Shown piece after piece: positions 26,458 through 34,648 of a DNA stretch of 40,708 nucleotides. Numbering within the stretch: the stretch's first letter is position 1; the number at the start of each line of letters is the position of its first letter. This DNA comes from Rickettsiales bacterium. GTDB taxonomy: Bacteria > Pseudomonadota > Alphaproteobacteria > Rickettsiales > Deianiraeaceae. The position numbers and the translations under genes are program-made. The stretch covers positions 1 to 40,708 of the forward strand of contig JAFUUN010000062.1 of assembly GCA_017477855.1 (NCBI GenBank), in the 5' to 3' direction. The notes below the pieces were generated by a model, which saw only the letters and a program-made list of their open reading frames with translations, had not been told where the DNA came from and made no database searches.

Positions 26458-27096
26458 ATGGCATTTGATAAACCAAAAATGTTCGTTTTTTTGCATGGCT
26501 ACGATGCCACTGGCGAGGCCATGATGGTGCTGGACGCGCCGTTCCGCAAGCTTGCGCCAGAAGGCTCGCAGTTTTTTTACCCAAACGCGCCATTCAAAAC
26601 AGGTGGCGGCAAGGGCTACAACTGGTTCTCATTCGTGTTCGGCGACAACCCGTTTGACATCAACGAGGAATACATCTACCACAGCATGCAGCTGGCGATG
26701 CCGTATTTGAAAAACTACATCGGCAACCACATGGATAGGCAGCTTTTTAGCACGCACGACTTGGTGCTGGTCGGATTTTCACAGGGCGCTGGATTGGCTG
26801 TGCACGCAAGCATGCGCATGGGCGAACCAATCTGCGGAGCAATCAGCTTTTCCGGCGGGTTTGCAAATCCTCACAATGAGGCCAAAGGTGGCGATGTTCA
26901 AGACCAGAAATCGCCAGTTTGCTTTATTCATGGGGACAAAGACCCGATCTTGCCATATCAATTTTCCGTGCGTGGGAACAAGATTTTGCAGAACGCTGGC
27001 TTTGAAAGCGAGTGCCACATTTTGGAAGACACCAAGCACCTCATCACGCCAGAGGCCATTGACATTGCAGGTGATTTTTTGAAAAGGATAATTTAA
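26458..27096 (+). CDS. Alpha/beta hydrolase, phospholipase/carboxylesterase family
   Basis: FVFLHGYDATGE, nucleophile elbow LVGFSQGAGLA (GxSxG), FIHGDKDPILP (Asp) and a C-terminal His (TKHLIT). This is the Abhydrolase_2-like layout. ATG 26458 is preferred over the track's TTG 26455. Confidence 0.7.
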   Translation: MAFDKPKMFVFLHGYDATGEAMMVLDAPFRKLAPEGSQFFYPNAPFKTGGGKGYNWFSFVFGDNPFDINEEYIYHSMQLAMPYLKNYIGNHMDRQLFSTHDLVLVGFSQGAGLAVHASMRMGEPICGAISFSGGFANPHNEAKGGDVQDQKSPVCFIHGDKDPILPYQFSVRGNKILQNAGFESECHILEDTKHLITPEAIDIAGDFLKRII

Positions 27097-27117
27097 TATA
27101 ACCAGCTATCAATTTAT

Positions 27118-27202
27118 GTTGCGCCGCCCGCGGCCACGCCCTCGCGGTTTGGCTCCCCCTCGTTCCTCGGCGGCCAAACTCGCTCCGCCCATGGCGCAAC
27201 AA
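27118..27202 (+). repeat. GC-rich palindromic intergenic element, short-core type
   Basis: GTTGCGCCGCCCGCGGCCACGCCCTCGCGGTTTGGCTCCCCCTCGTTCCTCGGCGGCCAAACTCGCTCCGCCCATGGCGCAACAA. It lies between the convergent hydrolase and OMP genes. Confidence 0.9.
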
Positions 27203-27290
27203 TAAAATTCAATAAGAAAAAATAGCAAAAAGAAAAGGCCAGCAGAAAATCTGCCGACCCTTATCAAATACTTCGTTATCAAAACGAGGA

Positions 27291-28088
27291 TTAGAACATA
27301 AATCCAAGTTTTGCAGCAAATGTGTGGTGCTTCATTGTTATACCACCGAACTTTGCCAATGTTGAGTATCTCCACTCACCACCGATCATTACATTCTCAT
27401 TGACGATTGCTTCCAAACCAGCACCAACTGTCATACCAAAGCGTCTTGTTTTTTCTGTTTTGCCTTCGTCTTTTTCGCTAACTGTTGCAAGGTTACCACC
27501 GAACAATCCGTATGGTTGAAGTGCAAAGCTTTCACAGAGGTTAAATTTAAGACCTGCTTTCAATGCTAAGTAACCCCATTCACTGTATGAAATTTTGTCA
27601 CCTTCTGCAACACTTCCCATGATTTTGTTGTGGATTGGTAATCTACCCTCACCAACGATACCAACAAATGGGTGAACTGCATTAGATGCTCTGAAATACC
27701 AGTTGTAACCAAGTGTCAATGACAACGAATGATTATATGAGTTTGCATTTTTGTCACCTTCTGCAACTGCTGCGTCAACCATTTTCTCAACTGCGCCTTC
27801 GTAGATTTGTGCTTCGTAGCCAATCATTCCGTAAGCTTTACCGTAGACACCGCTTTCTTCTTTGTAAGAAGATTTCTTTGTTGTAACGGTAACAGGAGTT
27901 TTAACTCTAACTTCCTCTTTTACAACTCTTGTAGGTCTTTTCATTTTTGATTTATTGTTGTCCCAGTTAATGACAATCCTGTCACTTTGCTTGTGAACAG
28001 TTTTTGTTGGAGCGGCTTTTGCCTTATCTGCCATAGCAGGAGCCAAAGCTAATGCCAAAGAAACACATGATAATAAAGTTTTTTTCAT
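27291..28088 (-). CDS. Outer-membrane beta-barrel protein, paralog B
   Basis: Signal peptide MKKTLLSCVSLALALAPAMA, a basic linker, a beta-barrel region with VHPFVGIVGEGRLPI and LQPYGLFGG blocks shared with 16414-17100, and a terminal ..KLGFMF. Confidence 0.7.
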   Translation of the reverse strand: MKKTLLSCVSLALALAPAMADKAKAAPTKTVHKQSDRIVINWDNNKSKMKRPTRVVKEEVRVKTPVTVTTKKSSYKEESGVYGKAYGMIGYEAQIYEGAVEKMVDAAVAEGDKNANSYNHSLSLTLGYNWYFRASNAVHPFVGIVGEGRLPIHNKIMGSVAEGDKISYSEWGYLALKAGLKFNLCESFALQPYGLFGGNLATVSEKDEGKTEKTRRFGMTVGAGLEAIVNENVMIGGEWRYSTLAKFGGITMKHHTFAAKLGFMF

Positions 28089-28136
28089 AGAAAAAATTTT
28101 TTAACAATGCGCTTGAAAAAAGACAAAAAATAATTG

Positions 28137-28712
28137 TCAAGAATTTTTTTTTGCTCTTTCAACGTATTCCATGGTTGTGGTTGAGACAACAATGTCCTCG
28201 CCTGCATCCATGAAGTCAGGTATATTAATGGTAAGACCATTTGTCAATAGCGCTGGTTTGAATGATGCTTTGACTGTTTGTCCTTTGATATATGGTTGGG
28301 TCTCAGCTATTGTGCAGACAACATTTTGTGGCAAAGTCGCAGAAATTATCTCACCATCTGCATAGTCAATCATAAGCTCCATGTTTTCCTGCAAGAATTC
28401 TACTGGTCCAGAAAGCATTGTGGCTGGAAGAGAAAATTGCTCATAGCTCTCCAAGTCCATGAATTCCAAGTCATTGCCATTTTTGTATAAATATTGCGCC
28501 GCCTTGCTCTCATACATCACCTTATCAACTGTTTGATCACTACGAAAGCGGTCATTCAACTTTGTTCCTGTTTTGATGTCTTTCAATTCCGCCTGTATAA
28601 ATGCGCCCCCCTTGCCCGGTTTGACATGTTCTGTCTTAACCACGCGATACATTGAGTTTTTATATCTTATCAAATTTCCAACTTTGAGTTCTATTGCACT
28701 AACATTTGCCAT
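28137..28712 (-). CDS. efp: Elongation factor P
   Basis: ELKVGNLIRYKNSMYRVVKTEHVKPGKGGAFIQAELKDIKTGTK is the EF-P KOW-like domain with the PGKG loop. The 191-aa length is typical. Confidence 0.92.
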   Translation of the reverse strand: MANVSAIELKVGNLIRYKNSMYRVVKTEHVKPGKGGAFIQAELKDIKTGTKLNDRFRSDQTVDKVMYESKAAQYLYKNGNDLEFMDLESYEQFSLPATMLSGPVEFLQENMELMIDYADGEIISATLPQNVVCTIAETQPYIKGQTVKASFKPALLTNGLTINIPDFMDAGEDIVVSTTTMEYVERAKKNS

Positions 28713-28776
28713 AAGTTTTGTTCCACTGATTGATAAGAAATGTAATTGTCAAGCAAGCAATAAATTGAATTTTAGT

Positions 28777-28888
28777 GTTGCGCTGCCCGAGGCCACGCCC
28801 TCGCCGTTTGGCTGCGCCTCGCTCCATCCGCCCTCGCTGCGCTCGGGCTCCGCTCGTCGGCCAAACGCGCTCCGCGCCAGCGCAACAA
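28777..28888 (+). repeat. GC-rich palindromic intergenic element, long-core type
   Basis: GTTGCGCTGCCCGAGGCCACGCCCTCGCCGTTTGGCTGCGCCTCGCTCCATCCGCCCTCGCTGCGCTCGGGCTCCGCTCGTCGGCCAAACGCGCTCCGCGCCAGCGCAACAA. Confidence 0.9.
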
Positions 28889-28939
28889 TTTTTATATTGC
28901 ATTTAAAAAATCTTACTAACAAGAGATGCTATATTTTTT

Positions 28940-29779
28940 ATGGTCATCCAAATAAGGAATTATTTTTTAAAGACACTATTTTGTGTATATCTATATTGTT
29001 TGAGTTCTTGCACCAATCATCACAATCAAAAAATGCAGACACTTACAACAAACAAGACAATTCTAAATATAAATCAAAAGCTTGAAGAAGGAACAATAAC
29101 ATTTGATGATATTTTTAGAGCAGATTATGGTGAATATGCAGACAAGGATGCCAACAGCAGAGAAGTTTTGGACACTCTGGTTGAAAAGACAAAAAAACAT
29201 TCAACAAAAAGCAACAATAAGGAAATTGTAAAGATTGACTTTGATAAGTTAATAAATAAACACATGGACGAATTGGTTGCAATCATTCTGGATAAGGACA
29301 ATTTGAAATATCATCTTTACGGTGCAGACGAGGACAGGTGGTTAAAAGAAGATCCAAATTTGCATGCTCCATTGAATTATTACCAGCAACAAGTATTACT
29401 TGAAGCAAAGAAGGAGACGTTGGTTAGGTTAAGCAATGAAATTGTCAGGACAATAGCAGAAACTGAAAAAGATTATGTCATCAATTTTGGTATTTTGTGG
29501 ACTGCATACGGTAATGGCAACCAGTTAGATGAATGCTTTGCAATGACTGAAGAATATATCAAAGAGATGAAAGCAGTCGTTGACAAAAAGCAACCACTTA
29601 CAGAAAATCAGAAGAGCACACTCAGAGCAGTTATGGCAATGGAAAAATTTGAAGATATTATCACAAATAGCTTTATGGATATTATTGTGAAACATTGCGT
29701 TCTGAAAAAAAGCCGCATTGTCTGTGCTGCCGCAAGGAAGGTCTACGAGCAAGACATGAAAAATCAAGCAAAAAAGTAA
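28940..29779 (+). CDS. Hypothetical protein, possible lipoprotein
   Basis: 279 aa with an N-terminal hydrophobic segment ending in the lipobox-like LSSC. The remainder is predicted helical and K/E-rich. No domain recognised. Confidence 0.45.
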   Translation: MVIQIRNYFLKTLFCVYLYCLSSCTNHHNQKMQTLTTNKTILNINQKLEEGTITFDDIFRADYGEYADKDANSREVLDTLVEKTKKHSTKSNNKEIVKIDFDKLINKHMDELVAIILDKDNLKYHLYGADEDRWLKEDPNLHAPLNYYQQQVLLEAKKETLVRLSNEIVRTIAETEKDYVINFGILWTAYGNGNQLDECFAMTEEYIKEMKAVVDKKQPLTENQKSTLRAVMAMEKFEDIITNSFMDIIVKHCVLKKSRIVCAAARKVYEQDMKNQAKK

Positions 29780-29785
29780 GATATA

Positions 29786-29866
29786 TTGCGCCGCCCGCGG
29801 CCACGCCCTCGCGGTTTGTATTTTGTTCATCATTTATGTTCCTTGCACAAACACGATCGCTCTGCA
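29786..29866 (+). repeat. Decayed palindromic element (intact left arm, AT-eroded core and right arm)
   Basis: TTGCGCCGCCCGCGGCCACGCCCTCGCGGTTTGTATTTTGTTCATCATTTATGTTCCTTGCACAAACACGATCGCTCTGC. It retains the GTTTGT..ACAAAC pairing but has lost the GC-rich core. Confidence 0.7.
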
Positions 29867-29931
29867 AAAAAAACACTGTTTTAACAATAAAACATACACA
29901 GTAAAAAATAATCCTTGCAAATAAAAAAATG

Positions 29932-29946
29932 TCTTCCACTGGAAGA
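29932..29946 (+). promoter_or_regulatory. Small hairpin overlapping the only purine-rich (SD-like) stretch upstream of rpsF
   Basis: TCTTCC-act-GGAAGA, a 6-bp stem ending 8 nt before ATG 29955. Its position is compatible with an S6:S18 autoregulatory leader, but I cannot verify homology to the described leader motif. Confidence 0.2.
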
Positions 29947-29954
29947 TTTAAATT

Positions 29955-30362
29955 ATGATAAGAAATTATGAATTAACCTTGCTTGCGCGCCAGGATGCAT
30001 CTGATGAGGACATCAAAATGGCCTTGCAAACACTACGAGATATTATTTTATCAAACAACAGCTCCATTTTGTATGCTGAATACTGGGGTTTGCGTCAGTT
30101 GGAATACCAAATCAACAAGAACGATGCCGCACATTTCTACTTCATCCAGTTCAAGTCAGATATTGAAACGAACAAGCTGATAGAAGAAAAACTCTCCACA
30201 AGCGAGATTTTCATAAGATATTTACTCGTCAAGGCCGATGAGGATGGAATAAAATCAAAGAGCGCAAACGCTGTTGTAGAGGGAGACCAAAGCGAGGACG
30301 GCCTAACTATTGACAAGCGCTATTTGAATGTGCTGAAAAATGTATTTAATTTGAATTCGTAA
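29955..30362 (+). CDS. rpsF: 30S ribosomal protein S6
   Basis: [14 protein letters not shown]...[27 protein letters not shown] parallels E. coli S6 (MRHYEIVFMVHPD...[26 protein letters not shown]). Confidence 0.9.
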   Translation: MIRNYELTLLARQDASDEDIKMALQTLRDIILSNNSSILYAEYWGLRQLEYQINKNDAAHFYFIQFKSDIETNKLIEEKLSTSEIFIRYLLVKADEDGIKSKSANAVVEGDQSEDGLTIDKRYLNVLKNVFNLNS

Positions 30363-30363
30363 T

Positions 30364-30735
30364 ATGGCAGGTATTAAAAGTCAAACATTAAGAGCAACAC
30401 AGAGCACCGACGACAGTATGGTTAATGCTATGTCTGGTGACATTTCATATGAGGACTTGGCAAAGGTTGAGGGCATTTCAACAATCGCCTTGAAAGTTAA
30501 AAAAGATGCATCGTCGTCATTCTTCAAGAAGTCAACAAATTGTCCGCTCAGCAAAGTTGAGGATAAGTATATTTCATACAAAAATGTCAAGTTGCTGCGC
30601 AGATTTATTAGCCCACGCGGAAAAATTGTGGCCGTTCGCAACTCAAATGTCCAGAGCAGAAAAAAACAAGTTGCGCTCCGCCAAGCAATCTTGCGTGCAA
30701 GGTTTTTAGGGCTCTTGCCTTACGTAAAATATTAG
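30364..30735 (+). CDS. rpsR: 30S ribosomal protein S18 with an N-terminal extension of about 45 aa (start uncertain)
   Basis: The C-terminal 75 aa [69 protein letters not shown] is S18. Internal Met codons (MVNAMSG..) are possible alternative starts. Confidence 0.88.
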   Translation: MAGIKSQTLRATQSTDDSMVNAMSGDISYEDLAKVEGISTIALKVKKDASSSFFKKSTNCPLSKVEDKYISYKNVKLLRRFISPRGKIVAVRNSNVQSRKKQVALRQAILRARFLGLLPYVKY

Positions 30736-30751
30736 TTTTTGATGTGAAGAT

Positions 30752-31399
30752 ATGAAAATTATTTTGAACCGTGATTTAAAAAATGTTGGAAAAGTTGGTG
30801 AGGTCTGCAATGTTTCTAATGGCTACGGAAGGAATTTCTTGTTACCAAAAGGATATGCTGTGGTTGCTACAAAAGCCAATATCGCACAAATTGAAAGCAA
30901 GCTCGCAGAGTTAAAAGAAAAGAATGCACAAGCAGAAAAAGACGCTTCTGTTGTTGCAGAATTATTGAACAAGGAAGTGTTCAATACAGTCCGCCAGGCA
31001 GCCGATGACAATACTATTTACGGCTCAATCAGAACAAAAGATGTCTACAACTTAATCAAGGCATGTTTATCCGCAAACAACAGTAGTTTTGACTTTGACA
31101 TCGGAGGCATCAACATTGCAACACCAATCAAAGCATTGGGACAATATGTCATTCCTGTGTGTTTGTTCGGAGATGTCGTTGCAAGCGTCCGCTTGAACGT
31201 TTGCCGTAACCAGAGCGATTTTGAAAGTGACACCGCTGCATTTGATAAAAAGATGCAACAGGCCTTGGCAGTAGCAGAAAAGAAAAACGCTGAAAAGGTT
31301 GAAGCAAAAGAGGAGAAAAAAGAGGAAGTCAAGGAAGAACAACCAAAGGAAGAGGCTAAAACAGAAGTTGCGGAAAGCACAGAGAGTTCAGACAAATGA
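30752..31399 (+). CDS. rplI: 50S ribosomal protein L9 with a K/E-rich C-terminal extension
   Basis: MKIILNRDLKNVGKVGEVCNVSNGYGRNFLLPKGYAV is the L9 N-domain. The last ~55 aa (AEKKNAEKVEAKEEKKEEVKEEQPKEEAKTEVAESTESSDK) lie beyond the normal length of about 150 aa. Confidence 0.9.
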   Translation: MKIILNRDLKNVGKVGEVCNVSNGYGRNFLLPKGYAVVATKANIAQIESKLAELKEKNAQAEKDASVVAELLNKEVFNTVRQAADDNTIYGSIRTKDVYNLIKACLSANNSSFDFDIGGINIATPIKALGQYVIPVCLFGDVVASVRLNVCRNQSDFESDTAAFDKKMQQALAVAEKKNAEKVEAKEEKKEEVKEEQPKEEAKTEVAESTESSDK

Positions 31400-32370
31400 A
31401 ATCAATAACTGTTGGGAAATTTGTCTTTGACTATCCAATTTTTCCTGCTCCGATGTGTGGTGTGATGGATGCACCATTTCGTGCAATGCTTTTGAAGTTT
31501 GGGACGCCACTTCTTTACAGTGAGATGATCGCATCTCATGCAACTATTTTAACATGCAGAAAAGACTATATCAAACATGCAACTAAGAAAGAAACCGACA
31601 AAGTACCATTCGTAATTCAAATTGCAGGTTGTTCACCGGAAGTTATGAGCGCCGCCGTTTTAGTAGCTGCCGATCGTGGCGCAGACATTGTTGACATGAA
31701 CTTTGGCTGTCCTGTGAAAAAAATTGTCAATAGCTACGCTGGCTCAGCACTCATGAAGGATGAAAAACTGGCTGAGCAAATCATCAGTGCAGTGGCTAAA
31801 ACAGCCAACAAAATCAATATGCCGTTGACAATCAAAATGCGCATGGGATGGGATACCGATCACTTGAACGCACCAATCATCGCCAAGCTGGCAGAGGACA
31901 ACGGCGTACAAACGGTTACCATACACTGTCGCACACGAAGCCAAATGTATAGTGGCGCAGCAGATTGGAAGTTCGCCAAAAAGTTGAAGTCCACACTAAA
32001 AATACCAGTCATTGTAAATGGAGACATCAACTACGGCAATCTCGGCGATGCACTTGCCGTTTCCTCAGCGGACGGCGCAATGATCGGCCGTGCGCTATAT
32101 GGTAAACCGTGGCTGATTGCTGATTGCATCGCCAAAATGCAGGGGCAAAAAAACAGTGCTAAGCCAGTCAACATATGGAGCGAGTGCATCAAGGAACATC
32201 TTGAACGTATTTTTGATTTTTATCCACCACAAAATGCTGTTGGGTTTGCTATCAAAAACCTGTATTTTTACAGCAAAGACATGGCAGGAGGGGCAAATTT
32301 TCGGGCTAAAATCTCGCAGGCAAAGGACAAAACAACAATTTTGCAAGTGGCAGAGGATTTTTTCAAGTAA
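31396..32370 (+). CDS. dusB: tRNA-dihydrouridine synthase (DusB/NifR3 type)
   Basis: PAPMCGVMDAPFRAM, ADIVDMNFGCPVKKI (catalytic Cys), LTIKMRMGWD, VTIHCRTR and PVIVNGDI. The start overlaps the rplI stop by 4 nt. Confidence 0.88.
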   Translation: MKSITVGKFVFDYPIFPAPMCGVMDAPFRAMLLKFGTPLLYSEMIASHATILTCRKDYIKHATKKETDKVPFVIQIAGCSPEVMSAAVLVAADRGADIVDMNFGCPVKKIVNSYAGSALMKDEKLAEQIISAVAKTANKINMPLTIKMRMGWDTDHLNAPIIAKLAEDNGVQTVTIHCRTRSQMYSGAADWKFAKKLKSTLKIPVIVNGDINYGNLGDALAVSSADGAMIGRALYGKPWLIADCIAKMQGQKNSAKPVNIWSECIKEHLERIFDFYPPQNAVGFAIKNLYFYSKDMAGGANFRAKISQAKDKTTILQVAEDFFK

Positions 32371-32824
32371 TTTGTTGTGTCTTAGCGCCCGACTCCAAAT
32401 TTATTCCAGCATTGCCATTATTATTGTCCTTCTGTTGCATTTCATAAAACTTTTGTTCTTCTTCTTTTCGTTTCTTAGCATTACGGTTTGAAAAGTAAGC
32501 CGCCAAGCCAATTACAAGACCTATTACGGCAATACATCCAACAACAATAGCAATAATGGTACCAGTGCTAAGTTCTCCTCCTTCAACACCAAAGCCTTTA
32601 TGTAATTCTGTTTTATCAATGCTACCATTTTTATCTGTATCGAAACTGTCAAATGTTTCGGCATCTAAAACTATTGTTTTTGTTATGCCACCATCTACGC
32701 TTTCCGAAGTAGACATAGCCCCGTTCCCTAGCTCTTCTTTGGTTAAAAGACCATCATCGTTTTTATCATACAAATTAAAACCTGTATTAAGAGCCCATCG
32801 TGTGAAGCCATCAAACCATCCCAT
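32363..32824 (-). CDS. Two-EF-hand calcium-binding protein with a single C-proximal TM segment
   Basis: DKNDDGLLTKEE and DTDKNGSIDKTE both fit the canonical 12-residue EF loop D-x-[DN]-x-[DN]-G-x-[ILV]-x-x-x-E. TM segment GTIIAIVVGCIAVIGLVIGLAAYF is followed by a basic NRNAKKRKEEE tail. No N-terminal signal peptide. The 3' end overlaps the dusB stop by 8 nt. Confidence 0.7.
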   Translation of the reverse strand: MGWFDGFTRWALNTGFNLYDKNDDGLLTKEELGNGAMSTSESVDGGITKTIVLDAETFDSFDTDKNGSIDKTELHKGFGVEGGELSTGTIIAIVVGCIAVIGLVIGLAAYFSNRNAKKRKEEEQKFYEMQQKDNNNGNAGINLESGAKTQQIT

Positions 32825-32878
32825 ATTGATATTATAAGTAAAAAATTTTTATTTGTCATTTTAAATTATCTAATAATT

Positions 32879-32936
32879 TTGTTGCGTTGCCCGAGGTCAC
32901 GCCATCGCGGTTTGTATTTCACTCCGCTCCGCGCAA
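32879..32936 (+). repeat. Truncated and mutated palindromic element (core deleted)
   Basis: TTGTTGCGTTGCCCGAGGTCACGCCATCGCGGTTTGTATTTCACTCCGCTCCGCGCAATG. The left arm is joined almost directly to the right arm. Confidence 0.75.
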
Positions 32937-33027
32937 TGTTTATTTTTTAACCAAAAAACTTATAGCATAGTAAAAATTGACAAATTGCATTAAATGCACT
33001 ATAACGTAACAGTTTTAAAGATCATGT

Positions 33028-33332
33028 ATGAGTGGCAGTGGTATAAAGTTGGATAACAACAAAAATCAATTAAAAAGAATCAAGTAGTGAATCAGAGCAT
33101 GAGTATTCTCCTGAAGAAATGATAAAAGTATGCTTAAAATACGATTTGGCTGAAGATAAGGCAGTAGACGATCTATTTAAAACGTCCAAGAGGAATATCT
33201 TAAAAAAGAATGACACAAAGCTAAAACGGAAAGACCTCAAGCCAAAAAACATCAAAAACATTATAAAAGCACTTAACAAAGGCAGTTCATTATATGATAA
33301 AAAGAAACTTAAAACCATTGAAAACATTTATC
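33028..33332 (+). pseudogene. Possible frameshifted remnant or small ORF encoding a K-rich protein
   Basis: The ATG 33028 frame (MSGSGIKLDNNKNQLKRIK*) stops at 33085. The +1 frame is open from 33074 (KESSSESEHEYSPEEMIKVCLKYDLAEDKAVDDLFKTSKRNILKK...). The switch point coincides with an A5 run (33072-33076). The track ORF 33119-33529 only stays open because it runs antisense into tyrS. Confidence 0.2.
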
Positions 33333-34547
33333 TTAAAAAGAAATTTGGAATTTCCTCTTCTTCCCAACAACAAGCTCCCCTTCATTCTCAACAGAAAAAT
33401 TCTTATCAACCGTCTCACCATCAAAACGCACGCCGCGGTTGTCAAGCAAACGCCGAGCCTCGCTCTTTGAAGAACACAAACCGTTTTCAACCAGGACATC
33501 AACGATGTTTTTGCCTTGACGGCATGTAATCTCCTCCGTCACTTCCCTATTTCTGGCCTTGTTGGCCTCCTCTTCGCCGCGGCAGATTTTCGTTGCTTCA
33601 TAGGCTAAAACCTCCTTCACGGCATTAAGTTCCTTGCCAGACAATTTAGCATATTTTTCAATCTGTTCCAGCGGAATGTCAGTGAATATCTTCAACAGCT
33701 TGATTACATCATCATCGGCGCAGTCGCGGAAATACTGAAAATAGTCATAGCTTGACAGCTTGTCCCGGCGTAGCCAGACAGCCCCACCAGCAGTTTTGCC
33801 CATCTTTGTGCCATCACTTTTTGTTAGGAGATTTAATGTGATACCAAACACATTGACCTCGTTCTCGGTGACTACTTTACGACTATCAACGGCCTTGCGA
33901 CGAATTAACTCGCACCCTTGAATTATATTCCCCCACTGGTCGCTTCCACCAACCTGAATATTGCAGCCATAATTATTATTCAAGTAATAGAAATCGTAGC
34001 CCTGAATAAGCATGTAGTTGAACTCAAAGAATGTGTATGGAATGTTGTTATCGAGACGGCGGCGCACGATTTCCATGTTAATCATTTTGTTGATAGTGAA
34101 GCAAGTGCCGATTTCACGAAGGAACCAGATATAGTTTATATTAAGCAGCCAATTAGCGTTGTCAATAATCATAAGGTTGTCAATGAATTTACCCTCTTGC
34201 TGGGCTTCCAAATTGCGGTCAAAAATCTGTGATAAGCACTTTTTTATTCCTAATTTGTTCTCTACAATTTGTTCGTCCGAGAGCATCTTCCGCATTTCAT
34301 TCTTATCACTTGGGTCGCCGATTTTTGTGGTACCACCACCAAGTACTATGATAACACGATGTCCTCTCGCCAGCACCTTGCGCATAAACATCAACGGCAT
34401 CAAATGTCCAACATGCAGGCTGTCAGCCGTTAAATCCGTTCCAACGTAAAATGTTTGCTGTTTTTCTTCAAGAAGTTTTTCCAAAGCATCAAAATTGGTG
34501 CAATCTTTTATGAAACCGAGTGATTTAAGATCAGAGAGTAAGGTCAT
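33333..34547 (-). CDS. tyrS: Tyrosyl-tRNA synthetase
   Basis: Start trimmed to Met22 of the track ORF (MTLLSDLKSLGFIKDCTN). FYVGTDLTADSLHVGHL (HIGH motif), GGSDQWGNI, KMGKT (KMSKS motif) and a C-terminal S4-like domain (SKSEARRLLDNRGVRFDGE). Confidence 0.92.
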   Translation of the reverse strand: MTLLSDLKSLGFIKDCTNFDALEKLLEEKQQTFYVGTDLTADSLHVGHLMPLMFMRKVLARGHRVIIVLGGGTTKIGDPSDKNEMRKMLSDEQIVENKLGIKKCLSQIFDRNLEAQQEGKFIDNLMIIDNANWLLNINYIWFLREIGTCFTINKMINMEIVRRRLDNNIPYTFFEFNYMLIQGYDFYYLNNNYGCNIQVGGSDQWGNIIQGCELIRRKAVDSRKVVTENEVNVFGITLNLLTKSDGTKMGKTAGGAVWLRRDKLSSYDYFQYFRDCADDDVIKLLKIFTDIPLEQIEKYAKLSGKELNAVKEVLAYEATKICRGEEEANKARNREVTEEITCRQGKNIVDVLVENGLCSSKSEARRLLDNRGVRFDGETVDKNFSVENEGELVVGKKRKFQISF

Positions 34548-34648
34548 ATGACTTAGTTGGTTGACAAAGATTTTAAAGTCAATATTTGCTAATATTTGAC
34601 AATTCCACAAACTCTGATAAAATACGATGATTTTGTATTGTAAATATT

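Noticed and set aside
33119-33529. 136-aa + strand ORF from the track
   Set aside because: Its last ~200 nt are antisense to the tyrS 3' end, so it stays open by chance. Only the part upstream of 33333 is retained, as a low-confidence remnant.
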